In this document: piece after piece, positions 12,801 to 23,695 of the stretch
Numbering within the stretch: position 1 is the stretch's first letter
How the letters are laid out: the number at the start of each line of letters is the position of its first letter
NCBI RefSeq assembly: GCF_006345805.1
Contig: NC_043008.1
Span: 18,414,001-18,478,000, forward strand
Direction of reading: 5' to 3'
Source: Octopus sinensis
Lineage: Eukaryota
DNA: 64,000 bases
Notes under the pieces: model-generated
Databases searched by the model: none
What the model was told of the DNA's origin: nothing
The model's input: the letters and a program-made list of their open reading frames with translations, nothing else
Program-made: the position numbers and the translations under genes

Positions 12801-13692
12801 TATAAACAAATTCTCAGCGAGGAGAAAAATATCCTCGAATTGTGTGAAATATTAATATGAAGGCAAGTAAAACTGATACGCCATTCAATTAACATATTTG
12901 AAAGCCATCACTATAAAAATGCATAAATCATAATAAATTCTAAAATATGCATGAAGCGTGCATGTAAAGTAAGGGGAAAATATATGATATGCTATCATTA
13001 TATTGTGATACTATGAGCATAAATTATAGGAAACTTATACAAAATAATATATACTGACAATTACTAATCATGCAAATGATTAACAATTATCGATAATAAA
13101 TGAATGAAAATAATAAAATTGTTGAGAATAATGTATCAGCGCTTACTATCGCAGCATGAATTATGAAAAACTTACACATAAATATAAAAAACGTACACAA
13201 AATTTCAGAAAACATATTGTACATGATTAATGGAGATATTACGTACAAATGTCTAAAAGTAGGCATAAATTCAAATGAATTCGTGTCTGATTATTTTGAA
13301 TTAATTCATGTGATTGGATTTCTACTTAAAATAGAGTGTGTTAGAAGATGAGTGTATATGATAGAAGAGAAAGTCTAACGTAAATTATACAAAGCCTCTT
13401 CTAATATTATACAGTAATTATGCTGCAGAAAAAAAAATGTTGGGGTTTATTAGCAGGCTTATAATTTGCGCGGGCGTGCATGCGTGTGTATGTGTGTGTG
13501 CGCGCGCGCGCGCGTGTGTGTGTGTGCATGTGTCTTTTCTATTACTCTTCCTAAGTCAGTCAAACTGCTTAGTAAATTCGATTAGTAAATATTTTCATGA
13601 AAAAGAAATAACACTGAATCTTACCAGTGAATCTTTACTGGAAGAAATACGTTAAGCGTTTGGTTCTAATTTAGGCATTTGGACTCCACGTT

Positions 13693-13718
13693 TTATATAT
13701 ATATATATATATATGATA

Positions 13719-13800
<82 letters not shown>
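13693..13800. repeat. (TA)n microsatellite
   Basis: Direct inspection; a further (TA)n-rich tract runs about 14175-14500. Confidence 0.97.
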
Positions 13801-13804
<4 letters not shown>

Positions 13805-13894
13805 CAACAATTGAGGGTAAAATTAATTAATTAATCAATTTCACCAAGTATTCAGTATGCAAAGGGACCATTTAAGGCGAATTCAAATTATTAC

Positions 13895-14181
13895 ATTATA
13901 TAAAAGGGCTTAGTAAAATAAATTACTTTGCCGCATACTGAACTCATTAGAAATAGCAGCTAAAAAAAAACTTTTTTAAAACTATTTCTAATACTTAAAG
14001 AAAACCTCTCTCATATAGTGTTTGCTCAATTCAACTCAAAGTTGAATTGAGCAAACACTATATGAGAGAGGTTTTCTTTAAGTATTAGAAATAGTTTTAA
14101 AAAAGTTTTTTTTTAGCTGCTATTTCTAATGAGTTCAGTATGCGGCAAAGTAATTTATTTTACTAAGCCCTTTTATATAAT
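13895..14181. repeat. Perfect inverted repeat: 141-bp arms, 5-nt spacer
   Basis: 13895-14035 is the exact reverse complement of 14041-14181, including homopolymer lengths; spacer tcaaa. Confidence 0.95.
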
Positions 14182-14191
14182 ATATATATAT

Positions 14192-14281
<90 letters not shown>

Positions 14282-14289
14282 ATATATAA

Positions 14290-14354
<65 letters not shown>

Positions 14355-14539
14355 GTATATATATATATGTGCATGTATATATATGTGTATAGTATATATA
14401 TGTATATATATATATTATATAATAAATCCACACATACATATATATGTGTATGTATATATATTGTGTATAGTATATATATATATATATATATATTATGTTT
14501 TCCTTTTTACATTTAGTCGAATGTATCAATCCCAGTATC

Positions 14540-14645
14540 CTTAAGCCTTTTACTTATTCTAACTCCTTTGCCGAACCGCTAGGTTGCGGGAACGGAAACA
14601 CACCACACCCGATTGTCAAATGGTGATGAGAGGGACAAACCCCCT
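14540..14645 (-). mobile_element. SINE D 3'/middle fragment
   Basis: cttattct...ctttgccgaaccgctaggttgcgggaacggaaacacacc...gattgtcaa. Confidence 0.6.
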
Positions 14646-14709
14646 CACACACATACACACATATAAAACAATAAGGAATGGAGCAATAATAACAGTCAGA
14701 ATTAGATCG

Positions 14710-15005
14710 TTGGTGTTTTAAAGACATTTAATAACGATGAGAGAATGTTTACAGTGGTGTCAATATATCAAGCTGAGGGTAAATTTACATTTACCTCGTT
14801 GAACGATTTTGTGGCAAAGATAAATAGAAGGAAGTAGGAAGAAGATGCAAGGAAAGGAAACGAAGAAAGAGGTTATCTTTGCCATATAATTATGCTGATG
14901 ATGTCTATTTATTGTAACTAGGTAAATGTAAGTTTACCTTAGCTTGATATACTGAAACGGCTGTAAGCATGCTTTCATCGTTATTAAATAACTTTAAAAC
15001 ACCAA
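14710..15005. mobile_element. Fold-back MITE-like element with ~90-bp imperfect TIRs
   Basis: ttggtgttttaaag..atttaataacgatga...tatatcaagct..ggtaaa..tacatttacct matches the reverse complement of the right end; inner IR tggcaaagataa / ttatctttgcca. Confidence 0.8.
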
Positions 15006-15196
15006 TAATCCACTTCTAATTGTTATCATTGCTCATTCCTCAACCTTTTTATATATATTAAACCACGGTTTTACCTTTTACATTACTTACGTAACAAGGA
15101 TCATACATACTGAGGTAATACCATGACTGCCCTTGGATACATATACCCCTTAGAGGGTTTACATTACATCTAACTTATATGTTACACCATACATAG

Positions 15197-15257
<61 letters not shown>

Positions 15258-15258
<1 letters not shown>

Positions 15259-15350
15259 GGTGCTTTTCAGTTTCCGTCAACCAAATCCACTCACAAGGTG
15301 CCATGCAGTGGGACTGAACCCGGAACCATGTCGTTGGGAAGCAAGCTTTT
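15258..15350 (-). mobile_element. SINE D head fragment with internal deletion
   Basis: tttcagtttccgtcaaccaaatccactcacaaggtgccatgcagtgggactgaacccggaaccatg. Confidence 0.8.
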
Positions 15351-15644
15351 TATGGCAGAGTCAAGTGTGTATGTCTTTGTTCCCCATCATCGCAGGTCCT
15401 GGGAGGGATTTGTTCAACTAAACCCTTTCAAGGCTGTGTGCTTCAGCAAGGCTCGGCCAAATGATTGAAAGACGTAAAGAAATAAAAGTATATATATATA
15501 TATATAAGATTAAATAAATTTTCAAACATATATGTATGTATAAACTATAGATATATATGTACAAATGCACACACACACTTACACATATATTTATAGGAAG
15601 AGAGTGAGAATCTGACAGATAGATAGATAGATAGATAGATTATT

Positions 15645-15775
15645 TCTCTCATCCTTTGGGGGTTGATAAACAAAGTACCAGTTATGCATTGGGGTCGATG
15701 TAATCGACTTAATCCCTTTGTCTGTCCTTGTTTGTCCCCTCTATGTTTAGCCCTTTGTGGGCAGTAAATAAATAT
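15645..15775 (+). mobile_element. 5'-truncated SINE A with alpha tail, followed by (TA)n
   Basis: aaagtaccagttatgcattggggtcgatgtaatcgacttaatccctttgtctgtccttg...gtgggcagtaaataaatatata. Confidence 0.9.
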
Positions 15776-16704
15776 ATATATATATATATATATATCGCCC
15801 GTTATACATTAGTTGTGGAGGTGAAGTGAGTGAGAGATGAAGTAAGAGAGAGAGGGAAGAAGAAGAAGTGAAGAAAGAAGAGAGAAAGAAATAGAGAAAG
15901 GAGATTAGTATTAATACACGACTAATATTAATACAAATAGTCACGTGCTCAGCTGAATATAGAGACGAAGAAAGAGAGAAAAAGACGACGAGAGAAAAAG
16001 GATAGAGAAGTGTTAATGCGGTGCGGTGGGTTGAGGAAGGAATACTTATTACGTAGTTTAAATGTTAGTTGAAGGGAAAGGTTGACAGAGAAATGGAAGT
16101 GGGAGGCATTTATGTTGAGAAAGGGAGGGAGAGAGAGAGAGAGTGGCATATAGCGGCAGTGGTGGTGGTGGTGTGGTGCGTTGATATTGAAAAGTATTTT
16201 CTTTGTCTGAAGAAAACTTTTTTATAGCAACCATCGCATAAGTATAAATTATTTAACGTTTACTGCTCATTTAAAAAAAATGATATTCGTTTGTAATGGT
16301 TATTATACACTAAGACTCTGGGTTCGCAAAAAATTTAGTTGGAAGCTGCCCCAGAAAGGATGCGCAGATATGGAACAGATATAGATGAAAGAGAAGCATC
16401 AAGAAGATATAATAAAAAAAAGGGAAAACACAACACCGATCGAAATGAATGAGGAACGGAAAGAATATTTAAAGAAAGCTAAACTATGAATGCTATAAAA
16501 CGCAAATAATCTTTTCTTTCTGAGATAGGTCCTCTTATATTTTTCCATTCCGTGGATTTCACATGGGTCTTGCTAATAGTATAGGAAGATATAAAGCAAG
16601 AAACAAAGGAAATTTATAATTCCATGAAAAGAATGGTAGTTCTAAACTCACAAGCATCAAAACTAAACGCAACTTTAAATTTTTATCGAATCTAATAAAG
16701 GGAT

Positions 16705-17101
16705 GTTTTCGGTTTGAAAGGCAGTTTTTAACATAATTTCTAGGTAACTAAAAAATTAAAAACTTCGTATACTGGTAGAATGTGTTTATAGAACATCTTT
16801 TTCTCTTGGCTTTATTGAGAAAATTCTATAGTTTGTAAGATATTTGTTGTTTTTTTCTTCAATTTCTGAAATTTCAACTAATCACTGACGTACATTGAGG
16901 TAAAAAAAACATTCTGTGCCGTATGAATATGTCCCTTGTTTAAGAAACAGATTGGGTTTATTTACATTTGTGAAGAAAAAAAGATACCCTTCCCCCCACC
17001 CTAACCCTAAAACAGATTGAAATGCAATAGATCGATACTAGGGTCATATTTATGGGTGACAATTTCATATGACACCGCTAGAAAAAAACTGCCGTTCAAA
17101 C
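16705..17101. mobile_element. Non-autonomous DNA-transposon-like element with ~18-bp TIRs
   Basis: gtttgaaaggcagttttt (16712) versus aaaaaactgccgttcaaac (ending 17101); internal ccctaaccctaa. Confidence 0.6.
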
Positions 17102-18239
17102 TTATGATTGCAGTTAACTTTTCACAGTCAGTTTCCAGCTCCTGTTATAACTAAGCCCTCTCGTTGTCGCTGAAATAAATCGAAAAAATATTTCCGATAT
17201 CGGCTGGCCGTGCTGTTACACCTACTTCCTTCGCTCTGTGTTTAACTTCATATAGTCAAACACACAACATGAATTACAACGTCTCACCATGGTGTACAGC
17301 GACAGTATGATTGTAGGTCATTTTTGTCTCCTCTCAACAAGTTAATTATCAGTGTATGTGAAATTAATTAATTAGTTCTGACAGGTTGTAATCAAATTGC
17401 CTGAAACTTTCCGTTGAAACTTTGTCATCTTCAGACGACAGATCCCGAAGTATTGCTCGTGTAAACCAGTCGATTTCAAGCACCATTTATAGTTATTTAA
17501 CTTTACTTACACTTAGGACGAACTTGGATGTTGCTAGAACTTTACATCGGGTTCAATGTTGTCTCCAGCGAATCAGAATTCATATGATTGAAGAAAACAT
17601 TTCCTACAGTTTATAAACAATTTTGATATCGAATTGCAAATTTAATTCTCGAGTGGTTCAAATTTCAATTCATGTCCTTAAATGTTCTTTATGTTTCATT
17701 CACTCTCACACCAATTGTTTAACGCAAACAAATTGAAATTATGTATTCAAAGGAACTCCATAAATGTTTGCTATTTATTCATCCTAAGGGATAATTAGTA
17801 ACTTCTTCGTGAAATTCTAGTTTTATATCTTGTTTATATTTACACGTAAAATTAAATGCTATTGAAATATATTCACAATAAGGTTTTCACTGTATAATTT
17901 GTTAACACACTTTACAAACTTCTGAAATATGCTTTAACATGTTGTGCATTATATATGTAGTTAGTTATCGGCTACATTTAAAGTACATAAGCCAAAAGAT
18001 ACGTTGGCATTTTCAAAATGTCGAATAGCCAAGGGATTTGTTTCTCTACATTTGAAGTTTCTCCGAGAATCATAGAAGTACATTTAAATTAAAAAGCAGT
18101 TGAGTTATACGATGTTATTGATTTAGTTGGTCATAATAGGTCCTGTTTGGACAACAAGCGTAGATTTAGTCAAAAAGAGATATCCCAAGATTTTCATGTC
18201 GCAGAAACATTTATGCACTGAAATCTTAATCTATAATCT

Positions 18240-18640
18240 ACTAGCAGTATCGCCCGGCCTTGCTCGGGTTTGTAAGGGAAATAATTATATAAGCATTTTT
18301 AGAGAGTTATAGCCCAAAAATAGCAAAAAAATGCATTAAAAATGGAAAAGAAAATGATGGTAATTTTTTTTTAAATCGTTGACTCATCGTAGACATTTTT
18401 AGAGAGTTACTTCCCTTATATAATAGCGAAAAATATGCATTAAAATGGAAAAAAAATGATGGTAATTTTTTTTTAAATCGTAGACTCATCGTAGACGCGC
18501 GCTAATACCCAGAAGGGCTCGATATGAATCACGAATATAAGATACCCGGTTTTGGTTAAACTGCACCGCAAAATGTGGGAGTAGTTAGGAATCTAAATCG
18601 TAGGAGACAGACACACAACCTTACTTTTATTTATAAAGAT
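18240..18640 (+). mobile_element. Non-autonomous Helitron-like element (HINE/DINE-like), copy 1
   Basis: 5' actagcag..cgcccggc....ctcggg hairpin, two ~105-bp internal tandem units, 3' ggagtagttagg...acacacaac..ttttat.tataaagat; near-identical inverted copy at 49855-50255. Class assignment is by architecture only. Confidence 0.65.
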
Positions 18641-18924
18641 AACTCTGAATCTATAATCTATAACTCTGCATTCACTTCCAGTGAAAACTATACTTGGAAA
18701 ATATGAGAAAACTCTTCGTCTGAAAATTGTCCAAGTGTACAAAATTAGGTTTATTCAATCATCTCGTCAACCAATGTGCAAAGTACGGGCAAATAATATA
18801 CAGTAGCAATTATGAATCATGCAAATGAATAACAATTATCAATAAAAAATAGATGAAAATAATAAAACTATTGACTACGCCTACCTTGCATACTATGTCA
18901 GCCTCAATAGTGTTAGAAACCTAT

Positions 18925-19215
18925 AATATTGGGTACTAGTAGCGTAGACTGGACCCGGTTTGCGCAGACGCGCGTCCGAGCTAGCCAGACGTAGGCAGTC
19001 GATCCTACGAGCTGACTGGCGCATGCACGATATATACGATATATACTTGTATCGATATATACGATATATACTTGTATCGATACAAGTATATATCGTATAT
19101 ATCGTGCATGCGCCAGTCAGCTCGTAGGATCGACAGCCTACGCCTGGCTAGCTTGGACGCGCGTCTGCGCGTCTGCGCAAACCGGGTCCAGTCTACGCTA
19201 CTAGTACCTAATATT
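18925..19215. repeat. GC/CpG-rich near-perfect palindrome (fold-back MITE candidate)
   Basis: Arms differ by about 4 substitutions, one 8-bp duplication (cagacgcg) and a central ~25-bp duplication. Confidence 0.9.
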
Positions 19216-19299
19216 GTGTTATATTTCATTCTCCCACAGTTTATAAGTGGCGCGAAAGATAGAGTTATACGTAAACAACCTTGCCTTGGCAAGTGTGTT

Positions 19300-19632
19300 T
19301 GAGGTAGCGAGCTAAGAGAATTGTTAGCACGCCAGGCAAAATACCTAATGGCTTTTTATCTGTTTTTTGGTTCTCAGTTTAAATACCACTGAGGTCGATT
19401 TTACCTGTCATCCTTTTGGGGTCGATAAAATAAATACCAATTGAGCACTGGGGTTGATGTAATCAACTTAATGCCTCCCCAAAAATTGTAGTCCTTGTGC
19501 CAAAAATTTATTTCATATAATTTGCCACAAGAGCATCACACAGATGGAAGCTTTGCGGGCTGGACATGATGGGAGAAGACGAAAAGCGCCCGCCGACTTT
19601 CGCTTCTCCTTGTGCCAAAACTTGAAACCAAT
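19300..19632 (+). mobile_element. Degenerate SINE A (beta-type tail) interrupted by a 101-bp insertion
   Basis: Head, core and ccccaaaaattgtagtccttgtgccaaaa...cttgaaaccaat tail; tccttgtgccaaaa duplicated at 19492-19505 / 19607-19620. Confidence 0.8.
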
Positions 19633-20542
19633 GTATTTCTGCTGCGTATTTTATTAGTCCTAGGAATTATGGAAGCCCAGCGTGGTCAGAACTGTGTTCA
19701 AATAATCTTTTCGTCGAAAACGCATCGTAAAGTAAAGAGGAAATTTATTCGTATTTTTTCCACGCCCGTGTCTTCATATTATACGTTAGTACGTTATAAA
19801 TTAATGCATTAAAAGTAGACACATTCTGACATAGACTAACTTATCGAACGATACTCATAAATTTCACAAGTATTTGTCATAGGTTTCGTATAAATAAACA
19901 GTGAAAGTTTATATATAAGTCCCTGAAGTAGTTTCATTCGTTTCCAACAATATTATTTAGTCATATTGTGTTGACATGCCTCGAAGTCATAAACTCTATG
20001 AAGGATATTTAACAATTGACAGCGCTGCCATCACATGAATGTGAATATTGATATAAAATCATTTTGTTAACTTGAGCTCTAATTTATATTTACTGGCAAT
20101 ATTCACTCGTTTGACGAAATCTAACACGACATTTCGGGTCTAGTGTAAGGTATCAACTATTCATGAAGTGATAATATTTAAAGCAAAATAACATAGGTAT
20201 AATAGTGCAGTCGATTGAATTATTAATATTTCAATCCACTGGAGGGGAAGGTGAAAACAGCGACACATTTTGACACGCAATTCACCACCGTATACTTCTA
20301 AATAAGGTTAAATCGATTACCGTGTTTCTCAGGATTTGAAACTTGTGAAGAACTTATTATGTTATATGTCTAGTGTATTCCTGTTTGCTAACGTAAGATA
20401 ATCTGAAATAAATAAACATAGATCTGTGAATTTCACCGACATATTTTAGAGAACAGTTGTATATAACACATATACGGCAATGGAATTATTCCTATCTTCG
20501 AACTCTATCTCCCATTATTGACACAACTATCACAAGATGAAA

Positions 20543-21125
20543 GGTGGCGAGATGGCTGAATCGTTAGCTCACCGGGCGAAATGCTTAGCGGTATTTCGTC
20601 TGCCGCTACGTTCTGTGTTCAAATTCCGCCGAGGTCGACTTTACCTTTCTTCCTTTCGGGGTCGATAAATTAAGTACAAGTTACGCACTGGGGTAGATGT
20701 AATCGGTTTAATACCTATGTATGTCCTTGTTTGTCCCCTCTATGTTTAGCCCCTTGTGGGTAGTAAAGAAATAGGTATTTCGTTTGCCGCTACGTTCTGA
20801 GCTCAAATTCCGCCGAGGTCGACTTTGCCTTTAATCCTTTCGGGATCGCTAAATTAAGTACCAGTTACGCACTGGGGTCGATATAATTGACTTAATCCGT
20901 TTGTCTGTCCTTGTTTGTCCACCCTGTGTTTAGCCCTTTTTGGGTAGTAAAGAAATAGGTATTTCATCTGTCCTCACGTTCTGAGATCAAATTCCGCCGA
21001 GCTTGACTTTGCCTTTCATCCTTCCATGGTCGAAAAATCAAGTACCAGTTCCGCACTGGGATCGAGCTAATCGACTCACTCCCTCTCCAAAAATTTCGCG
21101 CCTTGTGCTTTGAGTAAAAAAGAAT
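20543..21125 (+). mobile_element. SINE A trimer (head + alpha unit + alpha unit + beta unit)
   Basis: Three tandem cores joined at gtaaagaaata|ggtatttc; perfect 15-bp TSD tatcacaagatgaaa at 20528-20542 / 21126-21140. Confidence 0.93.
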
Positions 21126-21441
21126 TATCACAAGATGAAAACGATGGTGCCAATTGAAAATTTATGTATGTTTCGAGATTAACAGCACTACTTAAATAAG
21201 TCAACATCAACATAGATGAACGTCTTGTTCTCTTATAATTCATTACCAACTACTCTGATATGATATTACTTGATAATTAAATGAGGTAATCCAAACCTGT
21301 TTATGAAAACTCTTACTGAAGTTTGATATGCTTCAGTTATTGATTTCTGTTGGTTTGATCGAACTTATGATTATCGTTTCTAAACCTCCAACTTACCCTA
21401 GGAATACTTCATTCAGCACATCATTATTATTAATTGAAATA

Positions 21442-21640
21442 AGTCGGCGAGCTGGCAGAATCGTTAGCACGATGGAATATGTTGCTTAGTGATATTTCGC
21501 CTCTCGCTACGTTCTGGGCTCAAATTGTGCCGAGGTCGACTTTGCCTTTCATCCTTTCGGAGTTGATTTAATAAGTACCAGTTACACACTGGATTCGATG
21601 TAATCGACTTAATCCCCTCGCCCCCAAAAAATCTGAAATC
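21442..21640 (+). mobile_element. SINE A monomer
   Basis: Head and core; flanked by attattattaattgaaata / attattattatttgaaata. Confidence 0.85.
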
Positions 21641-21994
21641 ATTATTATTATTTGAAATATTTCTGAAAATTGCTTGGAGGAAAACAAAAGGTTTGAAATT
21701 ATGAAAAGAGGTAATAAAATATAATTTAGATAAGATATGTTACTTAATGGAAGTTAACATAAGTTATCACATTATATATGTTACTTATTTTCTATTAAAT
21801 TGCAAAATATAAAATGCAAGTATAAATCCTGCTTTGTATATTTAGTTCATATAAATGTGTGTGGAGAGAGAGAAAGAGTGTGCAGTGAATATACTGTCTA
21901 AATTACACAAAAATGAAAATAACACTGACATCTCATTTTAATAGATATATTTACCAAAGTTTCATAAACATATCTTGAAATACTAAGGAGTAAA

Positions 21995-22500
21995 GTTTTT
22001 CAATACACTCAGCATTGGGTTCAACCACGGTCTCCAGACGACTTCAGAATCTCCTGCAAGTCTTCTTGGTGGCCTCCTTGTTTCAGTTGGTGAATGCTGC
22101 CACAATCTTTACCTTCAGTTAATCTTTGGTGTTACAAGGGGTTTTGTTGGTCTCTCGATCAACAGCGTCTCACAATAACAACTAAGTGGGTCACAACCTG
22201 GGGTGTTAAGGTGGCCAAATGTTAGGGATGATGTGGTCTCAGAAACTGTCTGACAACCATGTCTCGGTTCTCTTGTTTGTGTGGCATGGTGCAGATTCCT
22301 GTGATCAGACATAGGGTGTTCCAGCAGCCACCCTCTTGACCCTGAGCAGTACTATCTCCTCCTGGCATTTGATGTAGGCCTCCGTGTTAGAGTCTGAAGC
22401 TGTGTGGGCAGATGAATGGGAGCATAACGTCGCCATCGCTAGTAAACACTCCAAACACCATGATATTGACTGGAAGTTTGATTTGTATCACTATCGATAC
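21995..22500 (-). mobile_element. Tc1/mariner transposase remnant, maT/DD37D-like
   Basis: VNIMVFGVFTSDGDVMLPF...PYV..QESAPCHT..RTETWLSDSF..IIPNIWPP-NTPGCDPLSCY...RLETVVE, with frameshifts and stops. Confidence 0.85.
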
Positions 22501-22920
22501 ATGTCCTCAGATTGATACCCAAACACACTGAAATATTTCTATTTGGGCTTCCGTTGCAAATGACAAGCACTACAGCATGCCGTTTTAATATTTCTAGCAG
22601 AGTGAATTACGTCGTAGCGTGTTTACTTCACAGACAGTTCCTAGATGATCCTACTATACTGTGTAGTCGACTAAATCAAAAACTAGCCACTGAGCGAAAG
22701 TACAAATATAAAATGGCGACAATTTGCATACCTCACCTGTTTATATATATGGGTTAATGTTTTACCGGGGACAGTTAGTGCTGCAACCTACATTTGCTTT
22801 CAGATTAAGAGAAGGAGACACAGTTTGTTAAGAAATAGAAGTGGGGTGAGTGTTCCCTTTAAGAAGAGAGTACCGCTTCAGGTCACACACAACACACACA
22901 ACACACACCACATACATATA

Positions 22921-22964
<44 letters not shown>

Positions 22965-22999
22965 ACAAATATAAATATGTTAATACACACACACACACC

Positions 23000-23055
<56 letters not shown>

Positions 23056-23155
23056 TAACGGGAAGCTTTATGAAAATAAACAAAAGACGAAGGCAGGTGG
23101 AAAACAAACGAACAATTGTATTAGTATGGCGCTCAGGAAATATAAATAAAACAAG

Positions 23156-23193
23156 TCTTTAACGTTTCGAGCCTACGCTCTTCAACAGAAAGA
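23156..23193 (-). ncRNA. Minimal type I hammerhead-ribozyme-like motif (A6U core variant)
   Basis: TCTTT-CTGTTGA-A-GAGC(GTAG)GCTC-GAAAC-GTT-AAAGA: stem I TCTTT/AAAGA, stem II GAGC/GCTC, palindromic AACGTT in place of stem III. Confidence 0.6.
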
Positions 23194-23377
23194 TACACAG
23201 AGAGAGAAAAACACAGAAAGAAGGAGAGAAAAAAAATGCGTGCAGTAGCTAACGAATCAACATGGCGATCTGATTTCGGCCAGAGGTCAAAGATCAAACA
23301 TGAGACGCGAGAGCGAAATAAGGGGAGATAATAGGGTTGATAAAAGGGTTGAGGGACCAGCTAAAAGTTCGTGGGAG

Positions 23378-23695
23378 GGGTCTGGATGTGTGTATGTATA
23401 GGGTTGGTGTATGTATTAGTATGTATAAGGGTGTGTGTGTGTGTGTGTGTATGAGAGAGTATTAGTGCGTAAGATTGGTCTGGACGTGCGTATGTATGGG
23501 GTTGGTGTATGTATTAGTATGTATTAGTATGTATTAGTACGTATTGGTATGTATAGGTGTGTGTGTGTGTGTGAGAGTGTATAAGTGCGTATGCGGGGTC
23601 TGGACGTGTGTATGTATAGGGTTGGTGTAAGTATTAGTATGTACTAGTATGTATTAGTACGTATTAGTATGTATTAGTTGGTGTGTGTATTAGTA
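23378..23695. repeat. Three ~100-120-bp tandem units with a nested 9-mer (gtattagta-type)
   Basis: Units start with ggtctgga(t/c)gtg.gtatgtat.gggttggtgta. Confidence 0.85.

Noticed and set aside
13805-13950. Possible hammerhead on the minus strand (CTAATGA ... TTCAGTATGC/GCATACTGAA stem ... GAAA + palindromic AT run)
   Set aside because: Core has G5A, 8 extra nt lie between stem II and GAAA, and no stem I pairing was found.
17505-17610. Minus-strand AG...GTAAGT-bounded candidate exon
   Set aside because: Stop codons in all three frames.
19450-19468. Apparent compensatory change in the SINE hairpin (gttgat-gta-atcaac versus gtcgat-gta-atcgac)
   Set aside because: Both changes are ordinary CpG deaminations, so they are not evidence of selection on structure.
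20543-21125. CRISPR-like or satellite interpretation of the regularly repeated units
   Set aside because: Units are long SINE cores with no unique spacers, in a eukaryotic context with no cas genes.
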